From Azolla caroliniana (taxonomy: Eukaryota > Plantae > Polypodiophyta), in NCBI GenBank assembly GCA_043228905.1, contig JBHGNT010000020.1:5146001-5210000 (forward strand): a stretch of DNA of 64,000 bases, read 5' to 3'. Positions 37,591 through 50,367 of the stretch are shown here, piece by piece (within the stretch, counting starts at the first letter, position 1; each line of letters starts with the position of its first letter). Both the position numbers and the translations under genes were made by a program. The notes below the pieces were generated by a model. The model was not told the origin of the DNA and did not search any database. It saw only the letters and a list, made by a program, of their open reading frames with translations.

Positions 37591-40500
37591 CGGTTATGTC
37601 CGGAGGAAGTGAACGTGGCATCCGACACTGCCAGTGAGTTGTGGCACAAAAGGCTGTGTCACATGAGCGAGAAGGGGATGAAGAGGCTTGCAGACGACAA
37701 CCTCATTCCAGTGAAGAACGTGCACTTGGAGGTAAGCAAAACCGGACCTCCTTCCGATCAAGGCCACCGATGAGACGTAATGCGCCACTGGAATTGGTGC
37801 ATACGGATGTATGTCAAGTGGACACCAAGCCACATGCAAGATCGCAGTACTTCGTGACGTTCATAGATGACCACAACCGGAAGTTGTGGGCCACACTGTT
37901 GAAGACGAAGGATCAGGTGTTATCCGTCTTCAAAGAGCTCCACGCGAGAGTGGAAAGAGAAACCGCCCGGAAGCTGAAGGTGGTTCGAGCAGATAACGGA
38001 GGAGAATACCGGGGGCAGTTCGAGGAGTACTGCCGCTCGAAGGGAATCCAGCTCGAATTTACCGTGCCGAAGACGCCGGAACTAAACGGACTGGCCAAGA
38101 GGATGAACCGGACCATAATGGAGAGGGTCTGGAGTATGCTAGCGCATGCAAAACTACCCAAGAAGTTTTGGGCTGAGGCATTGTCGACGGCGACATATGT
38201 GATAAATAGATCACCCTCAATACCCTTGGATGGAGACACGCCACAGAGAGTATGGACCAGTAAGGAAGTATCCTACCGGCATCTGAAGGTGTTCGGGTGT
38301 CTCGCGTATGTGCATGTAGCTAAGGACCGGAGAGGAAAGTTAGATCCAAAGACCCGGCCATGCATATTCCTCAGTTACGGTGACGATGAGTTCGGATGCC
38401 GAGTGTGGGACCTGGTCAACAAGAAGGTATTCCGGAGTCGAGATATTATCTTCATGGAGGACAAGACGCTTGCCGACTGGGAGTCGGAGAAGAAGATAAT
38501 GAACTCCGAGTCGACCGGTAAGGATAGACTCTACCATGAACAGACCCAACCAGCAAGAGACCGGTTAGCACTCGAGGAACTAGCCGGTTACGATGAGGAT
38601 ATCGAACCGGCAGAAGAAGAAGTAGAGGAAGCTGAAACCGGAACCGGCCAAGACCCCGAATCAAATTCGGATGAAGAGAAAATAGAGGAGCCGGATACCG
38701 AAGCCCAGAGACGGAGATATCCTCTCAGAGAGAGAAGGCCCCCCCGGAGATTTCCGGATGCAAAGCATGTGCTGTTAATCGATGAGGGGGAGCCAGAAAG
38801 CTTCGAAGAAGCAAAGGATGACACCCACAGCCGAAAATGGTTAAGTGCCATGCAGGACGAGATGGATTCCCTGCATGAGAACCCCACGTACGAATTGGTG
38901 GAGTTGCCGAAAGGAAAGCGGGCTCTCCGAAATAAGTGGGTCTACAAGTTGAAACCGGGAGATGCTGGCAACCCCCCGAGATACAAAGCCAGGATCGTGA
39001 TGAAGGGGTTCCAACAGAAGAAGGGCATGGACTTCGACGAGATATTTGCCCCAGTAGTAAAGATGACCTCCATCCGGACGGTGCTGAGTATAGCGGCAAG
39101 CATGGACCTTGAGGTAGAGCAGCTAGACGTGAAGACGACATTCCTTCATGGCGACCTCGAAGAGGAGATCTACATGCAGCAACTGGAAGGATTCGTGGAG
39201 AAAGGGAAGGAGCACTTGGTTTGCCGGTTGAAGAAGAGCCTCTACGGGTTGAAGCAAGCCCCCCGGCAATGGTACCGGAAGTTCGATTCCTTCATGGTTG
39301 ATCAAGGGTACCACAAGACGCAGGCCGATCACTGCGTGTTTGTGAAGAAGTTCAAAGGAGGCGACTTCCTGATACTCCTTCTGTACGTGGATGACATGTT
39401 GATCGTCAGACGGGACCAAGCCAAAATACGGATGCTGAAGAAGGCTCTCAACCGGACCTTCTCAATGAAAGACTTGGGTCCGGCAAGACAGATGTTGGGG
39501 ATGCATATTATCCGGAACCGGTCAGTGAAGCAATTATGGTTGTCACAGGAGAAGTACGTGACAAAGGTGCTTCACCGGTTCAACATGTTAGATGCGAAAC
39601 TGGTCGGATCGACACTTCCGGCAAACTGCGGGTTATCCGGTAAGCAAAGCCCGAAGACGAAAGCAGAGAAGGCGGATATGATGAAGATTCCATATGCCTC
39701 TGCCGTCGGGAGCTTAATGTATGCAATGGTGTGTACCCGACCAGATATAGGATACGCAGTCGGAGTGGTGAGCCGGTTTATGAGCAATCCCGGCAAGGAG
39801 CACTGGAACGCGGTCAAATGGATACTCCGTTATTTGAAGCGTACTTCAAATATGTGTCTCTTATTCGGCTCTGGAAAACCTCAACTTGACGGTTTCACCG
39901 ATTCGGACATGTCAGCTGATGTGGATACCAGCCGGTCTACATCCGGGTATGTAATGACATATGCAGGGGGAGCTGTTTCGTGGTAGTCGAGGCTGCAGAA
40001 GACGGTTGCATTGTCAACCACGGAGGCGGAGTACATGGCGGCTGTGGAAGCCGGCAAGGAAATATTATGGATGAAGGTCTTCATCGGAGAGCTCGGTATC
40101 CGGCAAGATGAATACCGGCTCTATTGCGACAGTCAAAGTGCCATCCACCTTGCTAAGAATGCGGCCTACCATTCCCGGACGAAGCATATCCAGCGAAGGT
40201 ATCACTGGATCCGAGAGAGAGTAGATGACCAGGAGTTCGCGCTGACGAAGATCCACACGGCCAAGAACGGGTCAGATATGCTGACCAAAGTGTTGATACC
40301 CGACAAGCTGGATGCATGCCGGAAGAGGATCGGACTGGTAAAACACCCCATGCCAGAGTGAAGGGGGAGTTTGTTGGGAGACAGGTCCCTCCGGATGGGA
40401 AGGGAGAATAAAAGTGTCGATGAACAAACTCGGCCGAGGCCGAAACCGGATGACGAGTACCTGGCTACGGAGAGCCGGGTGGTACAGACCCGGTGAAGAC

Positions 40501-41123
40501 CGGATGAGGAGTACCCGGCTACAGAGAGCCGGATGGTACAGACCCGGTGAAGACCGGATGAGGAGTACCCGACTACGGAGAGCTGGATGGTACAGACCGG
40601 TGAAGACCGGATGAGGAGTACCCGGCTACGGAGAGCCGGAAGGTGCAGACCCGGTGAGAACCGGATGAAGAGACATATTCATAAATATGTTTCTGAGAGT
40701 CCATCACAGCTATATTTGTAAATAGCCGAAAAGTCATATTAGTATAAATATGACTTAGGGCAAACTTTTAGTTGTTGTTGTCATTTTCTTGTTGGTATAA
40801 GAAGAGAGTGCGCGTAACTATGTACAGAGAGAGAGAGAGAGAGAGAGAGGAAGAGGTCATTGCCTCTGTTGTAACCGCCGCCTATGGCGAAGATAGAGAA
40901 CTCGAGGTTGTTGCCTTGGTGCTTTACTGTTGTATACTGTAACATAGTGATAGTTTGCAGCCTGTGGGCTGCCGTGGTTTTTTCCCTAGTTTGGGTTTTC
41001 CATGTAAACATCCTGTGTACTCTTCTCCTCACTGGGTCATGCATTTATTTCCCGTTTTCTGTGTATGATTCTAAGCTCAGTTGTGGCCGAGCATTGCGCA
41101 TAATGAACGAGTAGTTCCCGTCA
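37591..41123 (+). mobile_element. pol: 5'-truncated Copia-A copy (INT-RT-RH, PPT, 3' LTR 40372-41123 with four 54-bp units)
   Basis: ORFs 37641..39986 and 40011..40361 are nearly identical to pol 3475-6329; begins abruptly at CGGTTATGTCC. Confidence 0.95.
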
Positions 41124-41562
41124 GGGACCGACAATCGGCAATTGGTGACGGTGACGGAACTGGCGAAGGAACAGGAACTAGTAACTGGACGGCGACCGGA
41201 ACCGGAACCGGATGACGATTGAACCGGAACCGGAACCAGACGGCGACCGAATCGGGCCGGATGTCACTAAACCAAGCCGGACGGAACCGGAACCAGACCA
41301 GACTGATCGGGTCGGATGCAACTAGACGGATCATGCGGCGAACTAAAGTAAAGTAAAGTAAAGGTTATGTGAACACATGCAACTAAAGTCAAACTTTATG
41401 TAAAGTAAAGGTCATGTGGATGCATGGAATAGAATTGAACTGAAGATGGAAACTAGAGTTCCTTCATGCAAGTGCGAGAAGGGAAGAGAAAAACTAGCTC
41501 TCGATGATCCATAGAGAAGAATGGGCCTTAAGGGATCGAAACCATCTTTTGGGGAGAAAAGA

Positions 41563-41760
41563 AAAACCCTAATTTCCTTACGGAAGCCATATCTCTCAAA
41601 AACCCTAATTTCCTTACGGAAGACATATCTCTCAAAACCCCTAATTTCCTTACGGAAGCCATATCTCTCAAAAACCCTAATTTTCCTTAGGGAAGCCATA
41701 TCACCCAAAAACCTTAATTTTCCTTACGGAAGCCATATCTCTAAAAAACCCTAATTTTTT
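41563..41760 (+). repeat. 36-bp tandem repeat x5.5 carrying the telo-box AAACCCTAA, inside the LTR of the pol-less element
   Basis: Unit AAAAACCCTAATTTCCTTACGGAAGCCATATCTCTC. Confidence 0.9.
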
Positions 41761-41970
41761 TATCTATTAATCTCTTTAAGCCTAAACTTTTGTAATCCCA
41801 ATCTTGGGATTGATTGCAATTTTTCTTTTCCTTTCTTAATGAAATTTATTAAATTTTCTCGTTTCCGTTAATTCTTAAAGTATAAACGCACGAATTTGAT
41901 ATCCTTTGGTCGGAGGCCCCGGGGTCCTGCCTCAAGTTCACGTGTCTTCGTCGTATTTTCGCGACATCTT

Positions 41971-41988
41971 TTGTGAACCTGACGTGAA
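41971..41988 (+). promoter_or_regulatory. PBS, tRNA-Trp type (TTGTGAACCTGACGTGAA)
   Basis: 16/18 match to TGGTGAACCCGACGTGAA, the complement of the plant tRNA-Trp 3' end as I recall it; 4 nt after the LTR end CGACA. Confidence 0.75.
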
Positions 41989-42011
41989 ATGAGGCAGCAG
42001 GAGGATATTTC

Positions 42012-43457
42012 ATGGAGGCATATAGATACAAAGAGCGGAAGAGATGTAGTCTATACGAGTTCGGCCAATGGGTGTCATCATTAAAGACCCACCAAAGTGC
42101 CATGCATGCTTTCGTTGAGTTCGAGTGTCTCTTTGCACAACTCTCAGAGCAAGATCAAAGATTGGTGGGGATGGATAAAGTCCTAATGTTCGTTAATCAA
42201 TAGATCTGAAGGAAAGAAAGGTCATTGGAATCCGACTTGAGGATGACGATGGAGCAAATGGCCTCACCGAGGATTGGATGAAAGTGGAAAGAGAATGTCA
42301 ACTACACGATAAGAGGAAGACAAGATTCCCATCGGCAACAACACAACCCATGACGAATGGGGAAAGGAGGACAAGAAGCAACTACAAATTACCACCTAAA
42401 GAAGAGAGCTTGAAGAGGGAAGGTTCGATGGTACTCGACATAGAGGCCTTCATAAACGAGCAATATGAGAATTTAAAGGTGCAAGTCGAGGCCAAAGAGA
42501 ATATTATAATGGAACCAAAACCGATTAAAATGGTTATCAAGGAAGAAGAGACTTCCCAACAAAGGTGGAGTACTAATACGACGAATACGAAGGCCCAAGT
42601 TCGATATGACCGCACCATGGGAGAAGATGTGGAACAAGACGCCTTCTCGTCTTGCAAAGAAACAATGATGAAGAATGAAACCAATGAATCAAGGGTGGCG
42701 AATGCCACTTCAAGCAAGGACAAATGTTTCGAAACACGCATCGTGTCTGAAACATCAAGTGATGAAGGTGCAAGCATGAGCAAAGCTTGCATGATCAAGG
42801 GAGATAAAAAGTGTGAGGCCGGCATGATTGAGGTAGCCACAAAAAATGACATCGAGTCAGAGGTGGCTATGGACGAGTCAATGGCGGATGGCCGTGTCGA
42901 GACTTTCTTCACACTTGTTCTAGAGACTTGGGCAGATGCGTCGGAAAGCAAACGTGAGACCCAAGAGACGGAAGGTGGAGGCGAGGAAGTGAAGGTTGAA
43001 GCTAACACATGCGAAGAAGAAGGAGACGTCAAGCGAAAGAGGGTAGACGACAATCATGAAGAGCCTTTCCCCACAAAAGTTCTTGAGACTTGGGCATTAA
43101 CTGATATAAGACCCAATAGACGGAAGCTGGTGGCGAGGAAGCAAAGATCAAAGCCAATGCAAACAACCATAAGGTGGAAATGGCTAAAGGTAGCACGACA
43201 AAGGCAATGGCAAACTACAAAACCGTATAAATGCCTCCACACTCGTTTGAGAGACTTGGGCATTAACCGATGTAAGACCCAAGAGAAGGACGGTAGCGGC
43301 GAGGAAGCAAGTGTTGAAGCTAGTGCATGCAACAAGGAAGTAAAGCAAAGCAAAATGACGAAAGCCGATGCGTGCGACAAAGAGATAGTAAAGGAAATAA
43401 CTATGGACAACATGACAAAGGAAAACGATGATCAAGATAATAATTCCTTCATAGATG
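42012..43457 (+). pseudogene. gag-derived ORF with acidic VLETWA repeats; resumes at 49260 after the Copia-B insertion
   Basis: DKVLMFV..IDLKERKVIGIRLEDDDGANGLTEDW resembles SKVLLFIKLVDPFD*EKVGLLLETDSGLTTDW near 36200; rejoined NNSFID|VIEIWAVASG. Confidence 0.65.
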
Positions 43458-46400
43458 TGTTAAGCAAGCAAGCTCAACCGGATCCAGATCGGTTGAATAA
43501 GCTTGAGCCGGATCGGTATTCGGATGGTATCCGGAAACAACCGGCCGGATCAGGGAGACGGATCAGAGAGCCGGATTCAAGCGGGAACCGGAGGCCTAGT
43601 AGTAGCCTAGACTATTAGGTAATTATTGTCTCGTAGTTAGTGCCAATCGCGCATATGAGCATTGAAGTACATAGTACTTCTATCTATCCTTTTGTGGACT
43701 TATATAAATAGTGTTGTTTAGCACGTTGTATGGACAGTGAGTTACACAGAGTTTTAGAGTGTTATTTTGAATTGAGTTTATGTTTTGCTCTCTTTGTCTC
43801 TCCCACGCGTATTCTCTGTGTTAAGTTCTCCATTAAACCTTCTCTCATTTTCTATTGCTATCCGGCTGAGCCGGTTCTGTCTAACGCTTCCGCACATTTA
43901 CATTCACATGGTATCATAGCACGAGGGTTAAGGACCTCTGCAGCCGACACTTGCCTTCGTAGACGAACCCTAGAACCCGACAACAACAGACAAAGAGAAG
44001 ACATGGACAGAGGGATGGCGAGTTCACTTCCAATAGAGAAGCTCGATTGGAGCAACTACTTGTCCTGGTCATACAAGATAGACCAATACCTGTTGGGGCA
44101 TGGATATTTGAGCTTCGTGGAAGGAATGAACGAGGTAGCACCAGAGCCGACACACAATGACTTCCCGGTTTGGGAGCAAGGAGCGAGCCGAGTATTGTAC
44201 TGCATCGCATCCTATGTGCACGACTAGATGCTTGGCTACATAAAGGATGCAAAAACACCGAAGAAGGCCTGAGGAAATCTAAGGAAGACTTTCGTCGTGA
44301 GTACCACAACCCATAAATTGCAGCTCTGGCAAGAGCTGAACAACATATGGCGAAGAGACATGTCGGTTATGGACTACACCACCAAGATAAAGGAGATTTG
44401 CAACGCACTCGGGTCCATCAACATGACGATGGACGAAGACGAGATGGTACAAATCTGCCTCGGTGGTCTAGCGCAAAGGTACGGGCCAACCCGGATAGCG
44501 ATCTGCACCTGAGAGAAACCACTGTCTTTCTTCGACTTGCAATCGATGTTGATGGTCGAAGAAAACCATGTGAGTGGGTCAAGGACCACTCAATCGGACG
44601 GCCAGATGTTGTACACGGAGACAGATCGGCCCCATGGACGTGGTGGACAAGGTGGGTTGGCACGCAATGGAGGCGTCCGACAAGAGCAGGACCGGAGGCA
44701 CAAAGGTGGTGCCGACAATAGTTCCGGACCCTCCACAAGTAGGAGGAGTCAAAGCGGCGCCGGGAACCGGGCAAATCCGGATCCAGCGAAACCGGTCGGG
44801 AGAATCGGCAAACCTCGCACTACGCAGAAGGATCAAAAGGATCCGAAACCGGGAAAACCGGTAAAGGGCTAGCCTTCGTGATGAAGCACAAGGCTAACTC
44901 GATGAAGAAAACTACTTCCAAATTGGAGAAAGTATCGTACGTTGATTCCGGAGCATCCAACCACATGAGGAGCCATGAAGAAGGTTCTTTTTTTTGGAGA
45001 AGCCGGAACAACCGAGGATTGTCGAAACCAGAGACGACACCCCTCACCTGATTGTGCATGTCAGAAAAGTCCCTTAAAGACATGTCAGACAAAAGGTTTA
45101 AGCTGATGAACGTACTACACATTCCGACTATCACAAAGAACTTGGTGTCGGTTGGACAAATCGTCGACCAGGGGATGTATGTGCGGTTTACGCACCTCGA
45201 GGAAGAAGGCCGGATAATTGCGCAAGGGCGCAGAGAAGGGAGGATGTTCATCCTCAACACCAATGACATTGGCACCGCCATGTTTGCCAAAGGATAGAAG
45301 GTCGAGTCGAACGTCGACCTGTGGCACAAGCGGATCGGCCACATGAACTACCGCAGGCTTCAAGACCTGCAATCAAAACAAGTTGTCTTCGGTTTGCCGA
45401 AGTTTAGCGGCCGGAAGGCCGAAATTTGTGAAGCCTGCCAAATCGGGAAGCAACACCAGCTTCCATTCCCCACTGAACTAAACCGAAGCCGTAACAAGCT
45501 CGATTTAATACATTTGGATGTATGGGGACCGGCATAGAACATTAGTCTTGGCGGGAGTCGATACTTCGTCTCCTTCATCGACGACTACAGCCGGCACACG
45601 TGGCTCTACCTCATCGAACGGAAGAGTGAAGTCTTCGAATATTTCCGAAACCTGCAAAGCTTAGTTGAACGGGAAATGGAGAGGAAGGTCAAGTGCTTGC
45701 GATCGGATGGCGAAAAAAATACTTTTCCGGCCAATTCAACAATTATCTGCAACATAACAGAATTCAGAGAGAATTTAGCTGCAAATACACGCCGGAGCAA
45801 AATGGTGTGGGCATTGGTCGATTGTCGACACGGCAAGGGCAATGCTGGAGGAGAAGAGCATGCCCCATTTCTACTAGGCTGAGGCGGTCCAGATAGCTGT
45901 CTACATCCAAAACCGGATCGGTGACAAGGTGTCAGTACATGAGTTGTATTTCGGGCGGAAGCCAAATTTGAGACACCTTTGGATATTCAGTAGCATAGCA
46001 TATGTGCATGTACCGGATGAGAAGTGGAGGAAGTTGGATCCGAAGTCGGAGAAGTGCATCCTAGTTAGCTATTCGCATGAGCAAAAGGGGTATAAGTGTT
46101 ATAACCCCCAGACTAAGCAGGTCCAAGTAAGCCGAGATGTCAAGTTTGATGAGATGGCATCATGGTACTCCCTACCAACCCCAACTCCCGACCAAGACCC
46201 GATTCCGGAAGATGAGGTGAGTTAGCCCAAGGAGGTCCAAGCAAAACATGAAGAACTCGACATTCTAGAAGAGAGTCCGATCTCATTCCGGCTAAGTGGA
46301 CCGAATGAGCGGCTGAGTTGGGATGACCATTTGGATGAGGAACTGGTGAGTAGTGGAGACTCTGTCGTGCTCTCCCCACGCAAGGAACCGAGGAGATGGT

Positions 46401-49254
46401 TCACGCGCGAAGAGAAGGGGAAGAAGAAGATGCCTGAATACAAAACTAGCAACATTGAGTCGGATCGGAGTGAGTCCGACTCCGGAAACAATGAAGGCGG
46501 ATCTTCGGGAATGAACTCCGAACCGGCAAGAAGGGCCCCAAACCGGGTGATGACAAGTTACGCCGGTCATCCCACCAGAAGAACCCCGTTACGCGGTACG
46601 GGTACAATGAGTACATGGCGCATCACTATGCGTACATGACCAAAGTGGCGGAAGTGTGTGAGCCGGAGAGCTACGCAGAAGCGGCAAAGAACGCAAATTG
46701 GCGTGCCGTTATGGAGGAAGAAATGCGGGCACTCGATGCCAATGCCACATGGGACCTCATTGACCCTCCCCGACACTGTAAACCGATCGGTTGTAAATGG
46801 GTGTACAAGGTAAAGTACAATGTAGACGGTTCGATTAACCAATACAAGGCCCAGTTAGTGGTGAAAGGATACGCACAGACCCATAGAATCGATTACGACG
46901 AGGCCTTCGCTCATGTCGCGAAGATGACGATGGTTCGTGTTGTACTGGCGGTTGTTGTGGCAAGGTGGTAGTATCTTCACTAGATGGACGTGAGAATGCG
47001 TTTCTTCAAGGTGACCTTGAAGAACGGGTCTATATGATCCAACCTCCCGGTTTTCAGTCGGAGATGAACAAGTCGGCGGTGTGTCAGCTTAAGAAGTCGC
47101 TTTATGGTCTCAAACAAGCCCCCCGAGCTTGGAATGTGAAGATCATGCACCGGTTGTGTAAGATGGGGTTTGTGACCTCTAAATCTGACTCCTCGTTGTT
47201 CATCCAGCAAGGTCCGGATGGTCTGGTTTGCATCTTACTTTATGTAGATGATTTAGTCATCACCGGACCCGGACTCCATGAGATCAACTATGTCAAGGCC
47301 CAGTTGTCGGGGACCTTCATTATTTCCTTGGGATCGAGGTGATCCGAACCCCCGACGATATATTGCTCTCACAACAACACTATGTGTTGAAAATGTTGTA
47401 CAAGTTCGGCATGATGGAATGTCGACCTGTCTCCACACCTCTGGACCGGAACGTGAAGCTACGTCCTGACTCCGGACCAACCTGCAATGAGAAACGGTTC
47501 TGACAAATTGTCAGAAGCCTAATATACTTGACCATCACTCGACCCGACATCAGTTATCCGGTCGGAGTGATCAACCAGTTCATGCAGAAGCTGTCCGTTG
47601 AGCACCTTCAGTGTGCACACCGGATACTCCAGTATATTAGTGGCACGAAGGATCGGGGACTCTTATACCGACATGGTATAGCTAGGAAGCTAATCGGATA
47701 TACCGATGCTGATTGGGTTGGTGATGCATCGGATCACCGATCCACCTTCGGTTACATGTTTTCTCTAGGTAGCATGGCTGTTGCGTGGAGCAGCGAGAAG
47801 CAGCCAACAGTGGCTCTGTCGAGTACTGAGGCTGAATACCGGGGCGCTACCAATGCCACCTACGAAACCATTTGGCTTCGACGACTGCTACAAGACCTGC
47901 AGATTGAGGTACCAACCCCGATCCTAATCTACTGTGACAACATGAGCAGCATTCAGCTCGCCAAGAACCCCGTGTTCCATGCTCGGACGAAGCACTTAGA
48001 AGTCCACTATCACTTTGTTCGTGAGTGGGTTTTGAGCGGTGAAGTTTAACTTCGGTATGTTCAGACAGATCGGCAAGTTGCCGATATCTTCACCAAACTG
48101 CTCGGATCGGACAAGTTGCAGCACTTTGTCAAAATGCTTGGTGTTTAGCATCTCGACGTGCCACACTTGAGGGGGAGAAAAGGAAAGGGAACGGATGGCA
48201 CTAGACAAGGAGTCGGAGAGGAAGAAAGGACCAACAAAGGGGGAGCCAAATGGAAAAAGGAAGCCGAGTCGACGAAGGAAGTTGGCACATCTGAACAAGT
48301 CGGAACGAGCGGTGGCGGCAACAGAGTCAAGAAGGATAGAGTCGACCAGAAGGAGAAGGCCAAGACTCGGACATGGTCTGATGTGGTGAAGGGCCTGAAA
48401 TTGGAAGACGAATCGGGAGTGACCGATTCGAACAAGAGCGGGAACGAATCGGAGACACCCGATTCGCTTCAACAGTTGGAGTTGGAGGAGCCGGATCAAC
48501 TAAAGGCCAAGTGGACACGGACACAACGGAAGCCGACGCCAACACGAAGGAACTAATGTGTCGACAAGCGCCGGAGTCGCAACAACGAGGGAGCTGAAAT
48601 GGGCCTGTTGAGTAGACAAGCCGACCGAGGAGGTCAAGGTGCGCAGAACCAGAAGGGTCGCGGCAAACAGGACCGAACCGGACGAGGAGTGCAGCAAGGC
48701 GGAGCGACACTAGAAGGAGCCGATTAGAAGAACTGACTGCCATGGACATTGACACCATGATCTGACCTCAAGTTGAGCTTGAGGGGGAGTGTTGAGCGAG
48801 CAAGCTCAACCGGATCCAGGTTGACTAAATAAGATTGAGCCGGATCGGCATCTGGAAGGATGAGCTGGATTGGTATCCGGAAACAACCGGCCAGATCGAG
48901 GAGACAGATCGGAGAGACGGATTCAAGTGGGAACCGGAAGCCTACTTTTAGCCTTGACTACTAGGTAATTATTGTCTCGTAGTTAGTGTCAGTCGCTCGT
49001 ATGAGCATTGAAGTACATAGTACTTCTATCTGTCCTTTTGTGGACTTGTAAAAATAGTGTTGTTTAGCACGTTGTATGGACAGTGAGTTACACAGAGTTT
49101 TAGAGTGTTATTTTGAATTGAGTTTATGTTCTGCTCTCTCTATCTCTCCCACGTGTATTCTCTGTGTTAAGTTCTCCATTAAACCTTCTCTCATTTTCTG
49201 TTGCTATCTGGCTGAACTGGTTCTATCTAACACTTCCGCACGTTTACAGTCACA
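43458..49254 (+). mobile_element. Full-length degenerate Copia-B element, 5-bp TSD AGATG; LTRs 43458-43908 and 48790-49254
   Basis: PBS TGGTATCATAGC (43909-43920); YVDSGASNH, IHLDVWGP, YGLKQAPRAW, LYVDDLVI, TKHLEVHYH; PPT GAGGGGGAG (48781-48789); AGATG at 43453-43457 and 49255-49259. Confidence 0.95.
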
Positions 49255-50024
49255 AGATGTTATAGAGATTTGGGCAGTTGCGTCTGGGAACCAATGTGAG
49301 ACCCACGAGACAAAAGGTGCCTCCAAGGAAGCAGAGGATGAAGCCACGGTGTACGATGAAGAGTCCAAATGAAGCACAACAACGAAAGCTGATGATTGTA
49401 ACAAAGAGCCGAAGAGAAGCACGACAAGGGAAGACAAGGGCCAAGTAGGCCAAGTGGATCTAAAAGATGTGATCACAAAATCTAACTAGGATGACGCTAG
49501 CATAGAAGTCATGTTCAACTCCAACATGACAATATACCACGAAAGTAGAAAAAGTGGGAAGCATCAAATGAGGTCACTTAATGACCTAGAGGTGAGTATG
49601 CAGCTGAATAATGGACCACTAAGAGGACTCAACATTAGTATTCTGATAAGGCCTTCAAAAGGCATGCATGGAACAAGAAAGGATGATAAAAGAAAGTTAG
49701 ATGACCCAGGAGATGGTCGAGATGAAGGTGGCACATGCACAAAGCATGAAGCATTATGTTCTACAGGAGAAAAGGGAGCTGGAAACCAACCACAGAAATG
49801 CAAAGAGTGAGTGAAGAATATGGTGGATCGGATGGCAATGGCAGTTCGGGTATAAAGAAGAAACATTGATGAAGTAAAGTAACCAAAAGTGGAGCCTCAC
49901 CAAAATTGGCACATACTAGTGGATGTGCAGGTTTGGTGGGGGCGAATGTCTGTGATTCTTCACACACTATGTAAAAAAAGAAAATAATAATAATAATGAA
50001 ATATTTATTTTATAGTAGCTTAAA

Positions 50025-50367
50025 TGTTGGGAATATGTCCCTCTAGTGGGAGGAAGAACCGACTGATCGGAAAGCCGACAGTCGATGGCAGGGAAGATCC
50101 GACTGTTCGGAAAGCCAACAGTCGAAGAGTCAAAAACAGTGAGTTGACTGTTTGAAGATTTGACTATTATTATTATAGTAATAATAATAATGATGATGTT
50201 AGGAAACGGGTCTCTTGAATGGGGAGAGAGAGGAGCCGAGGTGATGAGGGACTATAATTGTATATAGCCAACTCGGGAGACTATAATTGTAAATAGTCTA
50301 AGTGTGTGCCCCATGAGGGCTACGTATGTGAATAACCGGAAAGTTGTGTAAGTATATATACAACCAC
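50025..50367 (+). repeat. Truncated LTR (U3 part) of the same family as 20271-20852
   Basis: TGTTGGGAATATGT..AGTGGGAGGAAG..GATGTTAGGAAAC..GCCCCATGAGGGCTA shared. Confidence 0.85.

Larger units (their letters stand above)
37134..50024 (+). mobile_element. Non-autonomous (pol-less) Gypsy-B-related LTR element hosting two Copia insertions; 5' LTR 37134-41966, 3' LTR starts 49947 and is cut at 50024
   Basis: 37134-37212 repeats at 49947-50023 directly after PPT GGTGGGGGCGAA; TGTCG..CGACA ends; PBS at 41971; internal region has only a gag-like/repeat ORF. Confidence 0.8.
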
